The position numbers and the translations under genes are program-made. 64,000 nucleotides of DNA from a virus (lineage: Duplodnaviria; Caudoviricetes), in the IMG/VR virus record IMGVR_UViG_3300028591_000075, positions 160,001-224,000 of that record; one strand, written 5' to 3'. Below, piece after piece: positions 36,976-46,177 of the stretch. Every line of letters begins with the position of its first letter. The stretch's first letter is position 1. Under the pieces are notes generated by a model, which saw only the letters and a program-made list of their open reading frames with translations, ran no database searches and was not told the DNA's origin.

Positions 36976-38769
36976 ATGCCAAATGATACCCCCATTGAAC
37001 TCTGGACCGGCTTCGACCAACGCAAGCTGGCTGCAGAACGTGCCCGTTGTGACTGGAAAGGTAACGTGATTGAACCGGCGAACGATTCAACCGTTTCCAT
37101 AAAGGCCGGCAGCAATTCTGATGCGGAAGGCAGTTTCTCCACTAACCAGACTTCCGGTTCTACCATCACTATCGGTGCCGCGACTAGCAGCCGTGACGGT
37201 GTGATGACATCGTCCGATAAGGACAAGCTTGATGGCATTGCTGATGATGCCACTAAGGTAAGTGCCTCTTCCACCAACGGCAATATCAAGATCAATGATG
37301 TTGACACGTCGGTGTATACTCACCCCGCATATGGACCTTCTGGCGCCCCGGTAACTGTCGGTGAAAGCACGGACAAGACACCGGCATTTGGCGAAACGTT
37401 CAAGGTCCTTGGTGCCACGGTCGATCCGGGTGGACATACCACCGCTATTGCTGAACACACCATTGAAATCCCCGATGCGGTTGCCACACCTTCCACAGGC
37501 GGGGCCGGTGGTTCTGACGGTCTCATGTCAGCCACGGACAAGGAAAAACTCGATGGCGTTGAAACTGGTGCCCAGGCGAACGTTAAGCCGGACTGGAACG
37601 CAGCTCCGGGTTCTGCAGCGGAAATCCTGAACAAGCCGAACATTTCGAGCGTTAACGACGGTACGCTCACCATCACCGTAGCCGGGGTCGCCACGACGTT
37701 CTCCGCTAACCAGGCGAGTAATGCAAGCGTATCTATTCCGAATGCGGCATCCGCTTCCGGACAGGACCCGGCAACTGGCGGTCTCATGACCGATACTGAC
37801 AAGGAAGATCTCGATTTTGCCACATCCGTAATTCCAACAACGGGTACACATGCCGCATCCCCGAGTAACCAGCTTGTCACTAATTCCCAGATGGCCGAGG
37901 CAATAGCCAATTTTGGCGGGTTTGAAATTGTTAGTGGAGATCCAACCACTGGCAAACCTGTGCTACCATCCGGCGAAACACCTTCCACCAAAGTCTTCTA
38001 TCTTGTCAAGGATAACAATGTACCGGGTGACGACAAGTACAAGGAATGGATTTGTACCAACGTATCCACCCCGACCTGGGAACTCATTGGCGACACTTCG
38101 TTGTCCTTGATCGGATACGCCAAGCTACCGTCTTCCATGGTCGGTGGCAACCTGGTTGAGTTTACTGCAACCGATGAACTGGCCGATTCCCAGACAACAG
38201 TGGCCGATCTTGAAAACAAGATTGAATCCATTAGCGTCAATGGCTCAGCACAAACGATTGATTCCAACAAGAATGTCGATATCGATGTTCCTGTGGCCGG
38301 TTCCGCTACTCCTGAAATGGATGGCGCCGCTGCGGCGGGTACATCCTCTGACTTTGCCAGGGAAGACCACGTTCACCCATCGGATACTGCAAAGGCCGAT
38401 AAGGTTAAAGGGGCTACGAATGGACATCTTGCCTCGCTGGATGTCAATGGAAATCTTGCTGATTCCGGTGTCTCCGCGACGGATTTCAAGACCAAGCAGA
38501 CAGCTGTTACCGATCCGACCGCATCCGGCAATGCAACATCCTTCATCGACACACTTTCGCAGGATGCGAACGGCGTAATTACGCCCACGAAGAAGACCAT
38601 ACCTACGGTCCAGTCGTCGACAAGCAGTGTCGGTGGTCATGATGGGTTGATGACTGCACAGCAGTCCGAAGCCCTGGATATCATGAACACCTGGACATAC
38701 GCTACGTTCACGTCGTCCGGAATGGGTACTGAACAGACGGATGTTCTCCCGCGTTCTCAGCAGCCCTAA
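36976..38769 (+). CDS. Tail/head fibre protein
   Basis: Fibre shaft motifs: DG(L/V)M(S/T)xxDKxKLDG, NVKPDWN...ILNKP, AREDHVHPSDT and KADKV..ATNGHLASLD.NGNLADSG. Confidence 0.7.
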   Translation: MPNDTPIELWTGFDQRKLAAERARCDWKGNVIEPANDSTVSIKAGSNSDAEGSFSTNQTSGSTITIGAATSSRDGVMTSSDKDKLDGIADDATKVSASSTNGNIKINDVDTSVYTHPAYGPSGAPVTVGESTDKTPAFGETFKVLGATVDPGGHTTAIAEHTIEIPDAVATPSTGGAGGSDGLMSATDKEKLDGVETGAQANVKPDWNAAPGSAAEILNKPNISSVNDGTLTITVAGVATTFSANQASNASVSIPNAASASGQDPATGGLMTDTDKEDLDFATSVIPTTGTHAASPSNQLVTNSQMAEAIANFGGFEIVSGDPTTGKPVLPSGETPSTKVFYLVKDNNVPGDDKYKEWICTNVSTPTWELIGDTSLSLIGYAKLPSSMVGGNLVEFTATDELADSQTTVADLENKIESISVNGSAQTIDSNKNVDIDVPVAGSATPEMDGAAAAGTSSDFAREDHVHPSDTAKADKVKGATNGHLASLDVNGNLADSGVSATDFKTKQTAVTDPTASGNATSFIDTLSQDANGVITPTKKTIPTVQSSTSSVGGHDGLMTAQQSEALDIMNTWTYATFTSSGMGTEQTDVLPRSQQP

Positions 38770-38794
38770 GTTAGCGCGTAGTACCAATATGAAC

Positions 38795-38826
38795 AACCCA
38801 CCGGTTCATTACCGGTGGGTTTTCTT
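38795..38826. terminator. Terminator between convergent genes, probably bidirectional
   Basis: AACCCACCGGT-tcatt-ACCGGTGGGTT-TTCTT. Confidence 0.8.
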
Positions 38827-38838
38827 GCAAATAAGCTA

Positions 38839-40056
38839 CTAAGTGCTCCGGTCTATCCAGTTGAGAGTCATGTCCCTAAAGTTCGAATTCGAGTGGATGG
38901 CAAAAGGAGTAGTCGAACTGTTGAAGTTGACTAGTGCCGACGGGTCGTTGAGCACAAGGAAGCCGAAGTATGTTGTCTTGCTGGAATCGAACGTACCGAG
39001 CTTCGTGGAGAACGGTCCGTATGCCTCGTGGTCCAAGGTACCGGACATGTCGCCGGCGGTCTGAGATGCGGTAAGCATGCCGTTGTACATGTCCGGGCAT
39101 AATATCCAAGTTGGACGGTATGATACGCTTCCACCCGTCGGCCATTTTCCTGTTCCTTGGAAGAATGCCGGGTAGTAGTACGTGGCTATGTTCTGTGTAC
39201 TGAAGTTGTTCGCCTTGTTCCAGATATTGCTCTTTCTCATGTTCACACCAGCGTAGTTTGATATGCTGCTGGTGGTAAATACATCGAGATTGTCCATCGT
39301 AGCGAAATCCGGACAGTTCGGGTCCGTTGTATCAATTAGCCAGCCAGCATTGTTGTACTTGACACAGCTGAGCTGTGTAGCCGGCGGAGCATAAGTGCCT
39401 CCCCACGATGTGGGTATTTGCGCTAGGTTGTCCGGGTCGTCGGCATCTGTGAATGCATCCGGGTGTACCGTGCAGTTAGGACAGGTCGTGCTGAACACAT
39501 TGTATCCGTACAGCGAAGATCCATCGGTAATACCAGTGCAACCGCTTACAAAGCCGCCCACGTTGGTCAATGCGGTGCTCCCCCTGAACCGGTCATAGAA
39601 TGTCTGGCTGATAGATGTGATGGCGGTACACATTTTGAAAGTTCTGTCGAGGTTCGTAATCCGGTCAATATCCCCCTCGATGTCCAGTACCTGGCATGTG
39701 CCTAGCGCACCGGAAAGGAGTTTTCCTGATTCCGGACTACGGTTACAAAAAAGCTGCCCCAGGCCTATTGAGTAGTCAACATCCGATACGCCGAACCGGT
39801 ACACCGGCGTAATTACCTTCCATACATGTGGATCGGACGTGGAAAGCCACTCGGCGCCTACAGATGGCGGGCGTGTGCCGAACTTACCCCTGGGGTTTAC
39901 GTTGGTACGGTCGAAGTAGAACGTGAGCAGAACATATGGCATGTCGTATATGAGCGTATCGCCATAATACAGCTTGGAAATGCGCTTGTTTCCATAGCGC
40001 ATTTCCTTCAGTCCGCCACTAGCACGACTTCCGTTGGTACCGAAGAATAGACTCAT
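38839..40056 (-). CDS. Putative fibre tip / receptor-binding protein with a truncated LRR-cap module
   Basis: N-terminal 'LKEMRYGNKRISKLYYGDTLIY' is a common fibre adaptor motif. 'GCTGITDGSSLYGY...NLAQIPTSWGG' resembles the cap modules of 18827. Confidence 0.55.
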   Translation of the reverse strand: MSLFFGTNGSRASGGLKEMRYGNKRISKLYYGDTLIYDMPYVLLTFYFDRTNVNPRGKFGTRPPSVGAEWLSTSDPHVWKVITPVYRFGVSDVDYSIGLGQLFCNRSPESGKLLSGALGTCQVLDIEGDIDRITNLDRTFKMCTAITSISQTFYDRFRGSTALTNVGGFVSGCTGITDGSSLYGYNVFSTTCPNCTVHPDAFTDADDPDNLAQIPTSWGGTYAPPATQLSCVKYNNAGWLIDTTDPNCPDFATMDNLDVFTTSSISNYAGVNMRKSNIWNKANNFSTQNIATYYYPAFFQGTGKWPTGGSVSYRPTWILCPDMYNGMLTASQTAGDMSGTLDHEAYGPFSTKLGTFDSSKTTYFGFLVLNDPSALVNFNSSTTPFAIHSNSNFRDMTLNWIDRST

Positions 40057-40472
40057 GTTAATGTTTCCGGAACTGCGTAGAAGGTGTGTGGGTCTCTTGT
40101 GGACGGGAGGGACGACACTACTATGATATTGACTGGCTTTTCGTAGTTGGAACTAGCCAGCGGAATAAGAACATCTGGCTTATTGGCTATGTATGAGTCC
40201 GCCGTCGTATCAGATTCATTCCAGTCTGATTGTACGTTTGCGTCGCCGGTATCGGTAAGGGCGACAGTGGTCGTGGTGGCCGGAGAAGTGGACTGGTCGG
40301 TCACGGTCAACGTAAGCGTCTTGTCGTTGTTGCTCAGGGCTGCGCCGGACACGTAGGTGGACGGGACCTTGTCTATGCTGTCGGCAATGTCTCTTCCTTT
40401 CTCATCCTTTCTTGCCCGCTCGGCAAATAATCTTCGACTATCGAAGCCTGTCCACAATGTATCATCCGCCAT
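40053..40472 (-). CDS. Short fibre/adaptor protein, paralog of 36976
   Basis: LWTGFDSRRLFAERARKDEKG versus LWTGFDQRKLAAERARCDWKG; also NVQSDWNE...YIANKP. Confidence 0.65.
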   Translation of the reverse strand: MADDTLWTGFDSRRLFAERARKDEKGRDIADSIDKVPSTYVSGAALSNNDKTLTLTVTDQSTSPATTTTVALTDTGDANVQSDWNESDTTADSYIANKPDVLIPLASSNYEKPVNIIVVSSLPSTRDPHTFYAVPETLT

Positions 40473-40507
40473 ACTAGCCTACTTGGTAATCTGAGTTCAA
40501 CATACCT

Positions 40508-40584
40508 AGTTTATCATTTTTCTGTCGGAAATGGGAATCTCGGGTCCCGAATATGGGTATTTTTACACCAAAATGCTATAAACT
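40508..40584. promoter_or_regulatory. Divergent late-type promoters: GATAAACT (-, 40508-40515) and TATAAACT (+, 40577-40584)
   Basis: Both carry AA-N3 upstream, as do the other copies of the motif. Confidence 0.5.
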
Positions 40585-40613
40585 GGAGTCAGTATATATG
40601 CTGGTGAAGTGCT

Positions 40614-42125
40614 ATGGAAGAATACCGCAACGAGAGAACCATTGAGAAGTTGGACCCGATTCCGGGCGGGTGGAACCATGATGCCAAGTCCAAATTCCTT
40701 GAACATGGATTTCTTGCCATTGCCGGGGAAACCCCAGCGGCTGTCATGAGGACCAAGAGGATAGATCTTGACACGTTGATGAGCAATCTTCCGGGTGTCA
40801 TAGTTTGGCTAGGAAAGAGTGAAGCCAGGCAGTCCGATGGTGTATTCCTCCTCAATGAATCCAAGAGTTCCGAAACGCACCGGGAAGACAAGAACCTGGT
40901 GTGTTCTGACGGCCTATTGAAGGCGGTTCATGGTGGATGGTACCATATCCAGGCAACATGGATCATGAGCGGCGGTGGCGCAAACAATGAATACCGCCAC
41001 GCAATTTTGTCCCTTTCGGTTGCGGATTCCCCCCGCAGTGAAATGCAGGCCATGATGGACCTGTCCGTATCCGGGAACAATCGGTGTAATATATCCGCAG
41101 TCGTGTACGTGGACGACGAGAACAGTTCAATCAAGTTCACTATATCCGGGCTCTCCAATGATGCACTCGTGACGAGTCGGCTGGATAACATCTCCGTACA
41201 TAAACTGGCCGCGGTGACATCGGCTGCAAATATTCATGCCGAGGGGGAACTGGATCAGAAACAGACTGATTGGAATGAGACTGACCCCAATAAGGTCGAA
41301 TATCTCAAGAATAAACCCGACCTTTCTGTGTATGCTACTACCGACTATGTCGATACCACGAAGGACGATATTCTAGCTGCATTGGGCCAGCCGCTCAAAT
41401 GGCAGGGACCGGCAACCGTCGATACATTGAACGGCGGTATTTCCGATATAGAAGTTGGGTGGGCATACACGATGACCGATTCCGGTGAACTCGACGATGG
41501 TGGAATTCCGGTAGATATTGGCGATGAAGTCGCCTGGACAGGTGATATATGGTTCAAGCTGGGTGGCGATGGTGGCATTGCATACATCAATCTCAATACG
41601 TCATATGATGATGCCATCGGATACATAGATCGCGGTCGTCTTCCGGTGATGCGTGTTATAGCTAATGGTGACACACATTTCTACTATCCATCCTGGTCAA
41701 ACAGCAATCTGCATTTTATCTCCATCCAGGATGCCTCGATTCATTTGATTAAGCGCAATCAGGCACTTGACCAATGGGAAGAAAGCGTATTATTTGAATA
41801 CAAGATGTCTGCCAACGAATATACCGAGGCCGATATTGACAACAATACACTCACAGTTAGTGGCAACAACTGCATATCAAGCATTGTGCTAACGACTGCA
41901 ACGACACTTGTCATAGCGGTCAATGAACAGGTTCCGAATTTCGGTGTTGAACTTGACAACACCGATAACCAGTCCGATGTCCAAGTTACTGTAACTAACG
42001 GTAATGCCGTGCTGTTCCCCAGTGAAGTCGGGCGAACAACCGTAAAGGCCGGTAAATTTTATCAGTTGACCTGCGTAGGTCGTTGCTGGACACTTGCTGA
42101 GTTCTTGGTGCAGTCTGGAACGTAA
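40614..42125 (+). CDS. Virion fibre-associated protein
   Basis: QTDWNETDPNKVEYLKNKP motif, a C1q-like beta segment and a 'GDEVAWTGDIWFKLGG' fibre motif. Confidence 0.55.
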   Translation: MEEYRNERTIEKLDPIPGGWNHDAKSKFLEHGFLAIAGETPAAVMRTKRIDLDTLMSNLPGVIVWLGKSEARQSDGVFLLNESKSSETHREDKNLVCSDGLLKAVHGGWYHIQATWIMSGGGANNEYRHAILSLSVADSPRSEMQAMMDLSVSGNNRCNISAVVYVDDENSSIKFTISGLSNDALVTSRLDNISVHKLAAVTSAANIHAEGELDQKQTDWNETDPNKVEYLKNKPDLSVYATTDYVDTTKDDILAALGQPLKWQGPATVDTLNGGISDIEVGWAYTMTDSGELDDGGIPVDIGDEVAWTGDIWFKLGGDGGIAYINLNTSYDDAIGYIDRGRLPVMRVIANGDTHFYYPSWSNSNLHFISIQDASIHLIKRNQALDQWEESVLFEYKMSANEYTEADIDNNTLTVSGNNCISSIVLTTATTLVIAVNEQVPNFGVELDNTDNQSDVQVTVTNGNAVLFPSEVGRTTVKAGKFYQLTCVGRCWTLAEFLVQSGT

Positions 42126-42143
42126 TGTAGGAGCTTGGGTCAA

Positions 42144-42458
42144 ATGCTAATTACACAGCATGGCATCGATTCCTTGCCAAGGAGGCAACGATGGGATTAT
42201 AATGTTCCCGATAACATTTCACTCGGGAAGGCGCCCATCGACTATGCTGATGCCAGTATAGACATTGTTAGATTTGACGAAACATTGCATACTGACCCGG
42301 TGACCGGAACTGTGGATATTATTTCGTTTAATGAATCAATGCGCCGTGACCGATTGGGTGGGGATATAGAAATTGAACAGTTTAGAAAGCCCAACCTGGG
42401 TGATTCACTTAATGGTTCTATTGAACTAGAAAGTTTCACCATAGAACCTGAAACCTAG
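42144..42458 (+). CDS. Hypothetical protein
   Basis: AGGAG RBS 10 nt before ATG 42144; lies within the structural operon. Confidence 0.5.
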   Translation: MLITQHGIDSLPRRQRWDYNVPDNISLGKAPIDYADASIDIVRFDETLHTDPVTGTVDIISFNESMRRDRLGGDIEIEQFRKPNLGDSLNGSIELESFTIEPET

Positions 42459-42491
42459 AACGTTTATTTACATGCACTACATGGAGGCATC

Positions 42492-43676
42492 ATGCTTTTA
42501 GAAAACAAACACAAAATCGGTGGACGGGTAGTTGCAATCGGAAAAGTGTCGCCGGATGGTACCCGTGACGTGAAATGGCTGGATAAGCCAAAACACAACA
42601 TGATTGTGGCTTCTGGCTTTGATCACCTGTTCCACTTCTGTAAGTATCTTAACCGTGACCAGTATACACAAAGTTATGTAAGTGTTGCCAATTCCCGTAT
42701 TACATTCGTCGGTGGTTCTACTACACGAGATTATAATAGGAATTACGAATATACCCGTCAGGGATGCTTACAATATTGTCGTATTGGCACGAACGGCGAT
42801 GCGACTGCATTCACCGATACTGAATTGAAGAGCCCTTGCTCCTCGTACAGTTCTAGTATAGAAAACGGGTTCCCATGGACATACGCATTCACCGGTCCAA
42901 ACGGAAACGGCGATTATTACATTAGGGTTACACACAGGGTAACTGCGAATCAGACTGGTCAGGTTAGGGAAATTGGATGGTATGGCTATTCATCCGAATA
43001 CAAAAACTATGGAACAACTGGAACATACTCGCTATTTTCACGGGTTGTCTTGGATGAGCCATATGAAATAACTTCTGGTGAGGGGATGATTATTTGCTAT
43101 GAGCTGCATATCCAATATGCTGACTTAACTCCCGTCCCGGTTCTGATGAACGGGCTTGTGGCAACCGACGGTACTCCGCTTCGGGCCATGAAAGGATTTG
43201 AAAGCCAGGTTTCCCTTGCTCAGTCATCTGGTAACATTCCTTATATAAATTATTCCAGGTTTGGGTTTATCAATACTGATGCGACTGACACTCCGGGGAT
43301 GGGTTCGCATTATTCTGTATACAGTTATGCCGTAAACCGCATATCATACTATACCAGTGACCGTGATTTCCATGCGGACCGAAACCCTTGGTATGGAAGT
43401 GGAAGTCTAACGAAAGCAACCGTAGCACCACTGGTTACAGTTGGGTTATCTTCGGGTGTTCCGACAAACCGAGTGACGTTTACGGTACCTGGGACGTGGC
43501 CAAACCTTTCCGGTACCAACACTTCGATAGATATCCATATGTTGAACATCGATGGATACACCTATCGTTTTGGGTATTATGATAATGACACCTGGGTACC
43601 GCAGGCGCTTCGGAAATATTATACCGACAACTGGCAAATTACTGAAAAGATAACATACGTTACGGATGACGAATAA
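42492..43676 (+). CDS. Putative baseplate/tail-fibre attachment protein
   Basis: GGAGG RBS. 'HNMIVASGFD...IGTNGDATAFTDTELKSP...VREIG...LFSRVV...YEL' resembles tail-collar/baseplate domains. Confidence 0.5.
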   Translation: MLLENKHKIGGRVVAIGKVSPDGTRDVKWLDKPKHNMIVASGFDHLFHFCKYLNRDQYTQSYVSVANSRITFVGGSTTRDYNRNYEYTRQGCLQYCRIGTNGDATAFTDTELKSPCSSYSSSIENGFPWTYAFTGPNGNGDYYIRVTHRVTANQTGQVREIGWYGYSSEYKNYGTTGTYSLFSRVVLDEPYEITSGEGMIICYELHIQYADLTPVPVLMNGLVATDGTPLRAMKGFESQVSLAQSSGNIPYINYSRFGFINTDATDTPGMGSHYSVYSYAVNRISYYTSDRDFHADRNPWYGSGSLTKATVAPLVTVGLSSGVPTNRVTFTVPGTWPNLSGTNTSIDIHMLNIDGYTYRFGYYDNDTWVPQALRKYYTDNWQITEKITYVTDDE

Positions 43677-43703
43677 ACATATTCGCCATGTAAAATAAGG
43701 CTA

Positions 43704-43834
43704 TGTCCATCCAAAGTGTTGTTCCATGAAAAAATGCCTTGACATGCCAATGAATAAGTGCTATATTGTAATCTAGGTAGCGTCACGACCACTATATATC
43801 GTTCCAACATCCTTAGCAACACTTTGGGTGGACA
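43704..43834. repeat. 20-bp inverted repeat pair (43704-43723 / 43815-43834) flanking a promoter
   Basis: TGTCCATCCAAAGTGTTGTT versus AGCAACACTTTGGGTGGACA: 18/20 match, and both mismatches are G:U pairs on plus-strand RNA. Confidence 0.85.
43739..43767 (+). promoter_or_regulatory. Near-consensus sigma70 promoter
   Basis: TTGACA-N17-TATATT with extended -10 TG, and an A tract upstream. Confidence 0.8.
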
Positions 43835-43889
43835 ATACCTAAAATAATAAAACGCACATTTAATGCCCGGTTTATGACCGGGCATTGTT
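43774..43889 (+). ncRNA. Candidate ~115-nt small RNA
   Basis: ORF-free interval between the strong promoter and the hairpin at 43862-43886; 5' TAGGTA can pair with TACCTA (43836-43841). Confidence 0.35.
43862..43889 (+). terminator. Hairpin, probable terminator
   Basis: AATGCCCGGT-ttatg-ACCGGGCATT-GTT (weak U tract). Confidence 0.55.
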
Positions 43890-43968
43890 GCTAAATGGTG
43901 ATTATTTTGCTATATTCTCAATGCGACCGGTGTCGCTTTTGGTAAACTATTATTTACAGAGGAACCAC

Positions 43969-44169
43969 ATGGACCCGACTGTTGAGCAGATACTCAAAGT
44001 TTCAAAAGAAATCAGCATGTCTTCCAAGAGGGGGAAGCCCAATTTCATCTGGGCGACTGAGGAAACCCTTGGGGACATCCGGGACTATCTCGAGCGGGAG
44101 GAACACAAGAAGCGCTGCACCGAAATCGAAGAAAATTTGAACCGTTCCATCAAAAATGCTACAAAATAG
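43969..44169 (+). CDS. 66-aa protein containing a T4 gp23-type major capsid protein segment
   Basis: GAGGA RBS. 'EQILKVSKEISMSSKRGKPNFIWATEE' matches the gp23 motif 'QIxK...EI....RG..NFI.AS'. Confidence 0.65.
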   Translation: MDPTVEQILKVSKEISMSSKRGKPNFIWATEETLGDIRDYLEREEHKKRCTEIEENLNRSIKNATK

Positions 44170-44182
44170 CTATATTTGCAAT

Positions 44183-44884
44183 ATGTCAATCGAAATCATC
44201 AGAATTACCGAACATCCGCTTCAACTCATCGGCCAGTGCACCGGCGTATGCTGGGGCGCCCCGGTGAACGACCCGGAAAAGAACAAGAAACGCGCCATTT
44301 CCTGCATCAAGGCCAACCATGGCCGCGTGCTGGAATTTCCCGAATTCATCATCGTCATCGACGGCTACTCGGCCCGCATGATGCGCGAACTTTACACGCA
44401 CATCGGCGGTGGCCCCACCAGGCTGCAGTCCTCCACCCGCTACGTGAACGAGGGCGGGTTCAAATTCTACATGCCGGAAAGCTGCAAGGGGCATTCCGAA
44501 TACGACTCCACGATGGAGACCATCCAGGTGGCATACAGCGACCTTGTTGGGCTGATTGGCGTCCCCAAGGAAGATGCCGCGAACATCCTCCCCCTCGGCA
44601 TGGAGTCCAAGATGGTCTGGAAGGGCAACCTCCGCATGCTCATCAACTTCATGAACAGGCGTCTCTGCACCAGAGCGTTGAAGGAGATACGCGGATTTGC
44701 CAACGAATTCAAGAAACTGCTTGCATCGGTGGATGACGAATGGGCCTGGATTGCCGAGAACCTGTTCGTCCCGTCGTGCGAACAGTTCAAAATCCACAAC
44801 CCCGATCTGAAATTCTGTGTCGAGGAACACTGCTGCGGCAGGGCCCCCAGGATTTCTGAACTCAAAATCTCGAAGGAGAACTAA
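44183..44884 (+). CDS. thyX: FAD-dependent thymidylate synthase
   Basis: NHGRVLEF, SARMMRELYTH...QSSTRYV, GVPKEDAANILP, NLRMLINFMNRRLCTRALKEIR. Start reassigned to 44183. Confidence 0.9.
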   Translation: MSIEIIRITEHPLQLIGQCTGVCWGAPVNDPEKNKKRAISCIKANHGRVLEFPEFIIVIDGYSARMMRELYTHIGGGPTRLQSSTRYVNEGGFKFYMPESCKGHSEYDSTMETIQVAYSDLVGLIGVPKEDAANILPLGMESKMVWKGNLRMLINFMNRRLCTRALKEIRGFANEFKKLLASVDDEWAWIAENLFVPSCEQFKIHNPDLKFCVEEHCCGRAPRISELKISKEN

Positions 44885-44885
44885 A

Positions 44886-45185
44886 ATGAGCATCGAACGC
44901 GATATCGACAGTTCCGTGTACTCAATCCGCCATGCGGTGCAATCCATCAGGGATTCCATCGACACCAGTGAAATCGACAGCGACCTGGACTCGATTGAGA
45001 ACGAATGCGATGAGCTTTCCAACCTTGAAGAGGATGACCCGGATATCCTCGTTAGTAACGCCCTGGATGACATGGGGCTCGAAAATTTCGGGGAACAGTG
45101 GGGCCGTATCGATGTCGGCACCGCAAACGAACTGAGGGAAGCGGTAACCCGCATCCTTAAAGAACATGGATATTCCGTGGGGTAA
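44886..45185 (+). CDS. Acidic hypothetical protein
   Basis: AAGGAG RBS before ATG 44886; phage-typical codon usage. Confidence 0.6.
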   Translation: MSIERDIDSSVYSIRHAVQSIRDSIDTSEIDSDLDSIENECDELSNLEEDDPDILVSNALDDMGLENFGEQWGRIDVGTANELREAVTRILKEHGYSVG

Positions 45186-45187
45186 GT

Positions 45188-46177
45188 ATGTTTTGGAACC
45201 TATTCAAAAAGAAACCGGCACCGAAGCTGGAACAGGAAAAGAAGGACCTGGAACCACAGCGCATGCGCCTTGACGATTTCTGCAAGGACCGCGAAGGCTA
45301 TTTCACCGGAAACGGTCACCCGGCCAACACGGTCGGCTACTGCAAGATTCCGCTTATGTGGCCCTATTTCAATGGCTATACGGTCATCCCGGACGGGATG
45401 TACCCGGTTATCCGCGTTGATGGTCACTGCTTCCATACATTCACCAGGAAACTGAAGAAGCCGTTCGACCCGAACATGGTGAAGGCCATGTGCCAGGCGA
45501 CCAAGAAGCTCGTCGAGTTCTTCTCGGCATGCTACGGCTATACACAGTCCGATGAAATCACCATCGTCCTTCCGAAGAACTCGCAGGATTTCGGGCGCAA
45601 GACGCACAAGCTCGCATCGCTTGCTGCAGCCATCGCCACTGCCGAATTCATCAAGTACATGGAATTCTACATGGGCAAGAAGCTCACGAAGCTCCCCGTG
45701 TTCGATGGTCGCGCATTCGCCCTGATGAACGAGGAAGAACTCGGCTACTACCAGTGCTTCCGTCAACACGACGCTTGCCGCAACGCCATTTCGGCTGTCG
45801 CCAGGGCATACTATTCCCATAAGCAGCTCGAAAGCAAGAACTCGGATGACAAGGTTCAGATGCTTGCCGACAAGGGAGTCGATTTCTGGAAGGAATACTC
45901 CACCGCAGAAATCTTCGGCTACTATTTCAGGCGCAAGCTCTCCACCCGCAAGTTCACCAAGGCCGAAATAGAGAAGCTGCCTGAGCGCCACGAGGCCCGC
46001 ACGAACCCGGATCTCATGGTGGTCCGTTCCGAGATTTTGAAGTTCGACTTCAAGGTCGAATACAGGAACAGTACCTCGGCGGAGGAACTCACCGAGCAGA
46101 TGCTCAAACTTGTGACTAAGGACGAACTGCCCCAAAAGGAAGTTCCTAGCGAAACCGACAACACCGGGGACGAATAA
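45188..46177 (+). CDS. tRNA(His) guanylyltransferase Thg1-like protein (3'-5' polymerase)
   Basis: IRVDGHCFHTFT, YGYTQSDEI, FDGRAF and RQHDACRNAI motifs. Confidence 0.9.
   Translation: MFWNLFKKKPAPKLEQEKKDLEPQRMRLDDFCKDREGYFTGNGHPANTVGYCKIPLMWPYFNGYTVIPDGMYPVIRVDGHCFHTFTRKLKKPFDPNMVKAMCQATKKLVEFFSACYGYTQSDEITIVLPKNSQDFGRKTHKLASLAAAIATAEFIKYMEFYMGKKLTKLPVFDGRAFALMNEEELGYYQCFRQHDACRNAISAVARAYYSHKQLESKNSDDKVQMLADKGVDFWKEYSTAEIFGYYFRRKLSTRKFTKAEIEKLPERHEARTNPDLMVVRSEILKFDFKVEYRNSTSAEELTEQMLKLVTKDELPQKEVPSETDNTGDE

Noticed and set aside
36995-40460. Possible shufflon/inversion between the inverted paralogous fibre starts (TGGACCGGCTTCGA vs TGGACAGGCTTCGA)
   Set aside because: Only 13/14 nt identity, explained by protein conservation; no recombinase in the window; inversion would swap only a few residues.
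43690-43710. TAAAATAAGGCTATGTCC resembles the Cas9 tracrRNA nexus (TAAAATAAGGCTAGTCC)
   Set aside because: No anti-repeat upstream, no CRISPR repeat or cas gene in the window, and the paired region lies on the wrong side. Treated as probable coincidence, though worth an Rfam check alongside the sRNA candidate.
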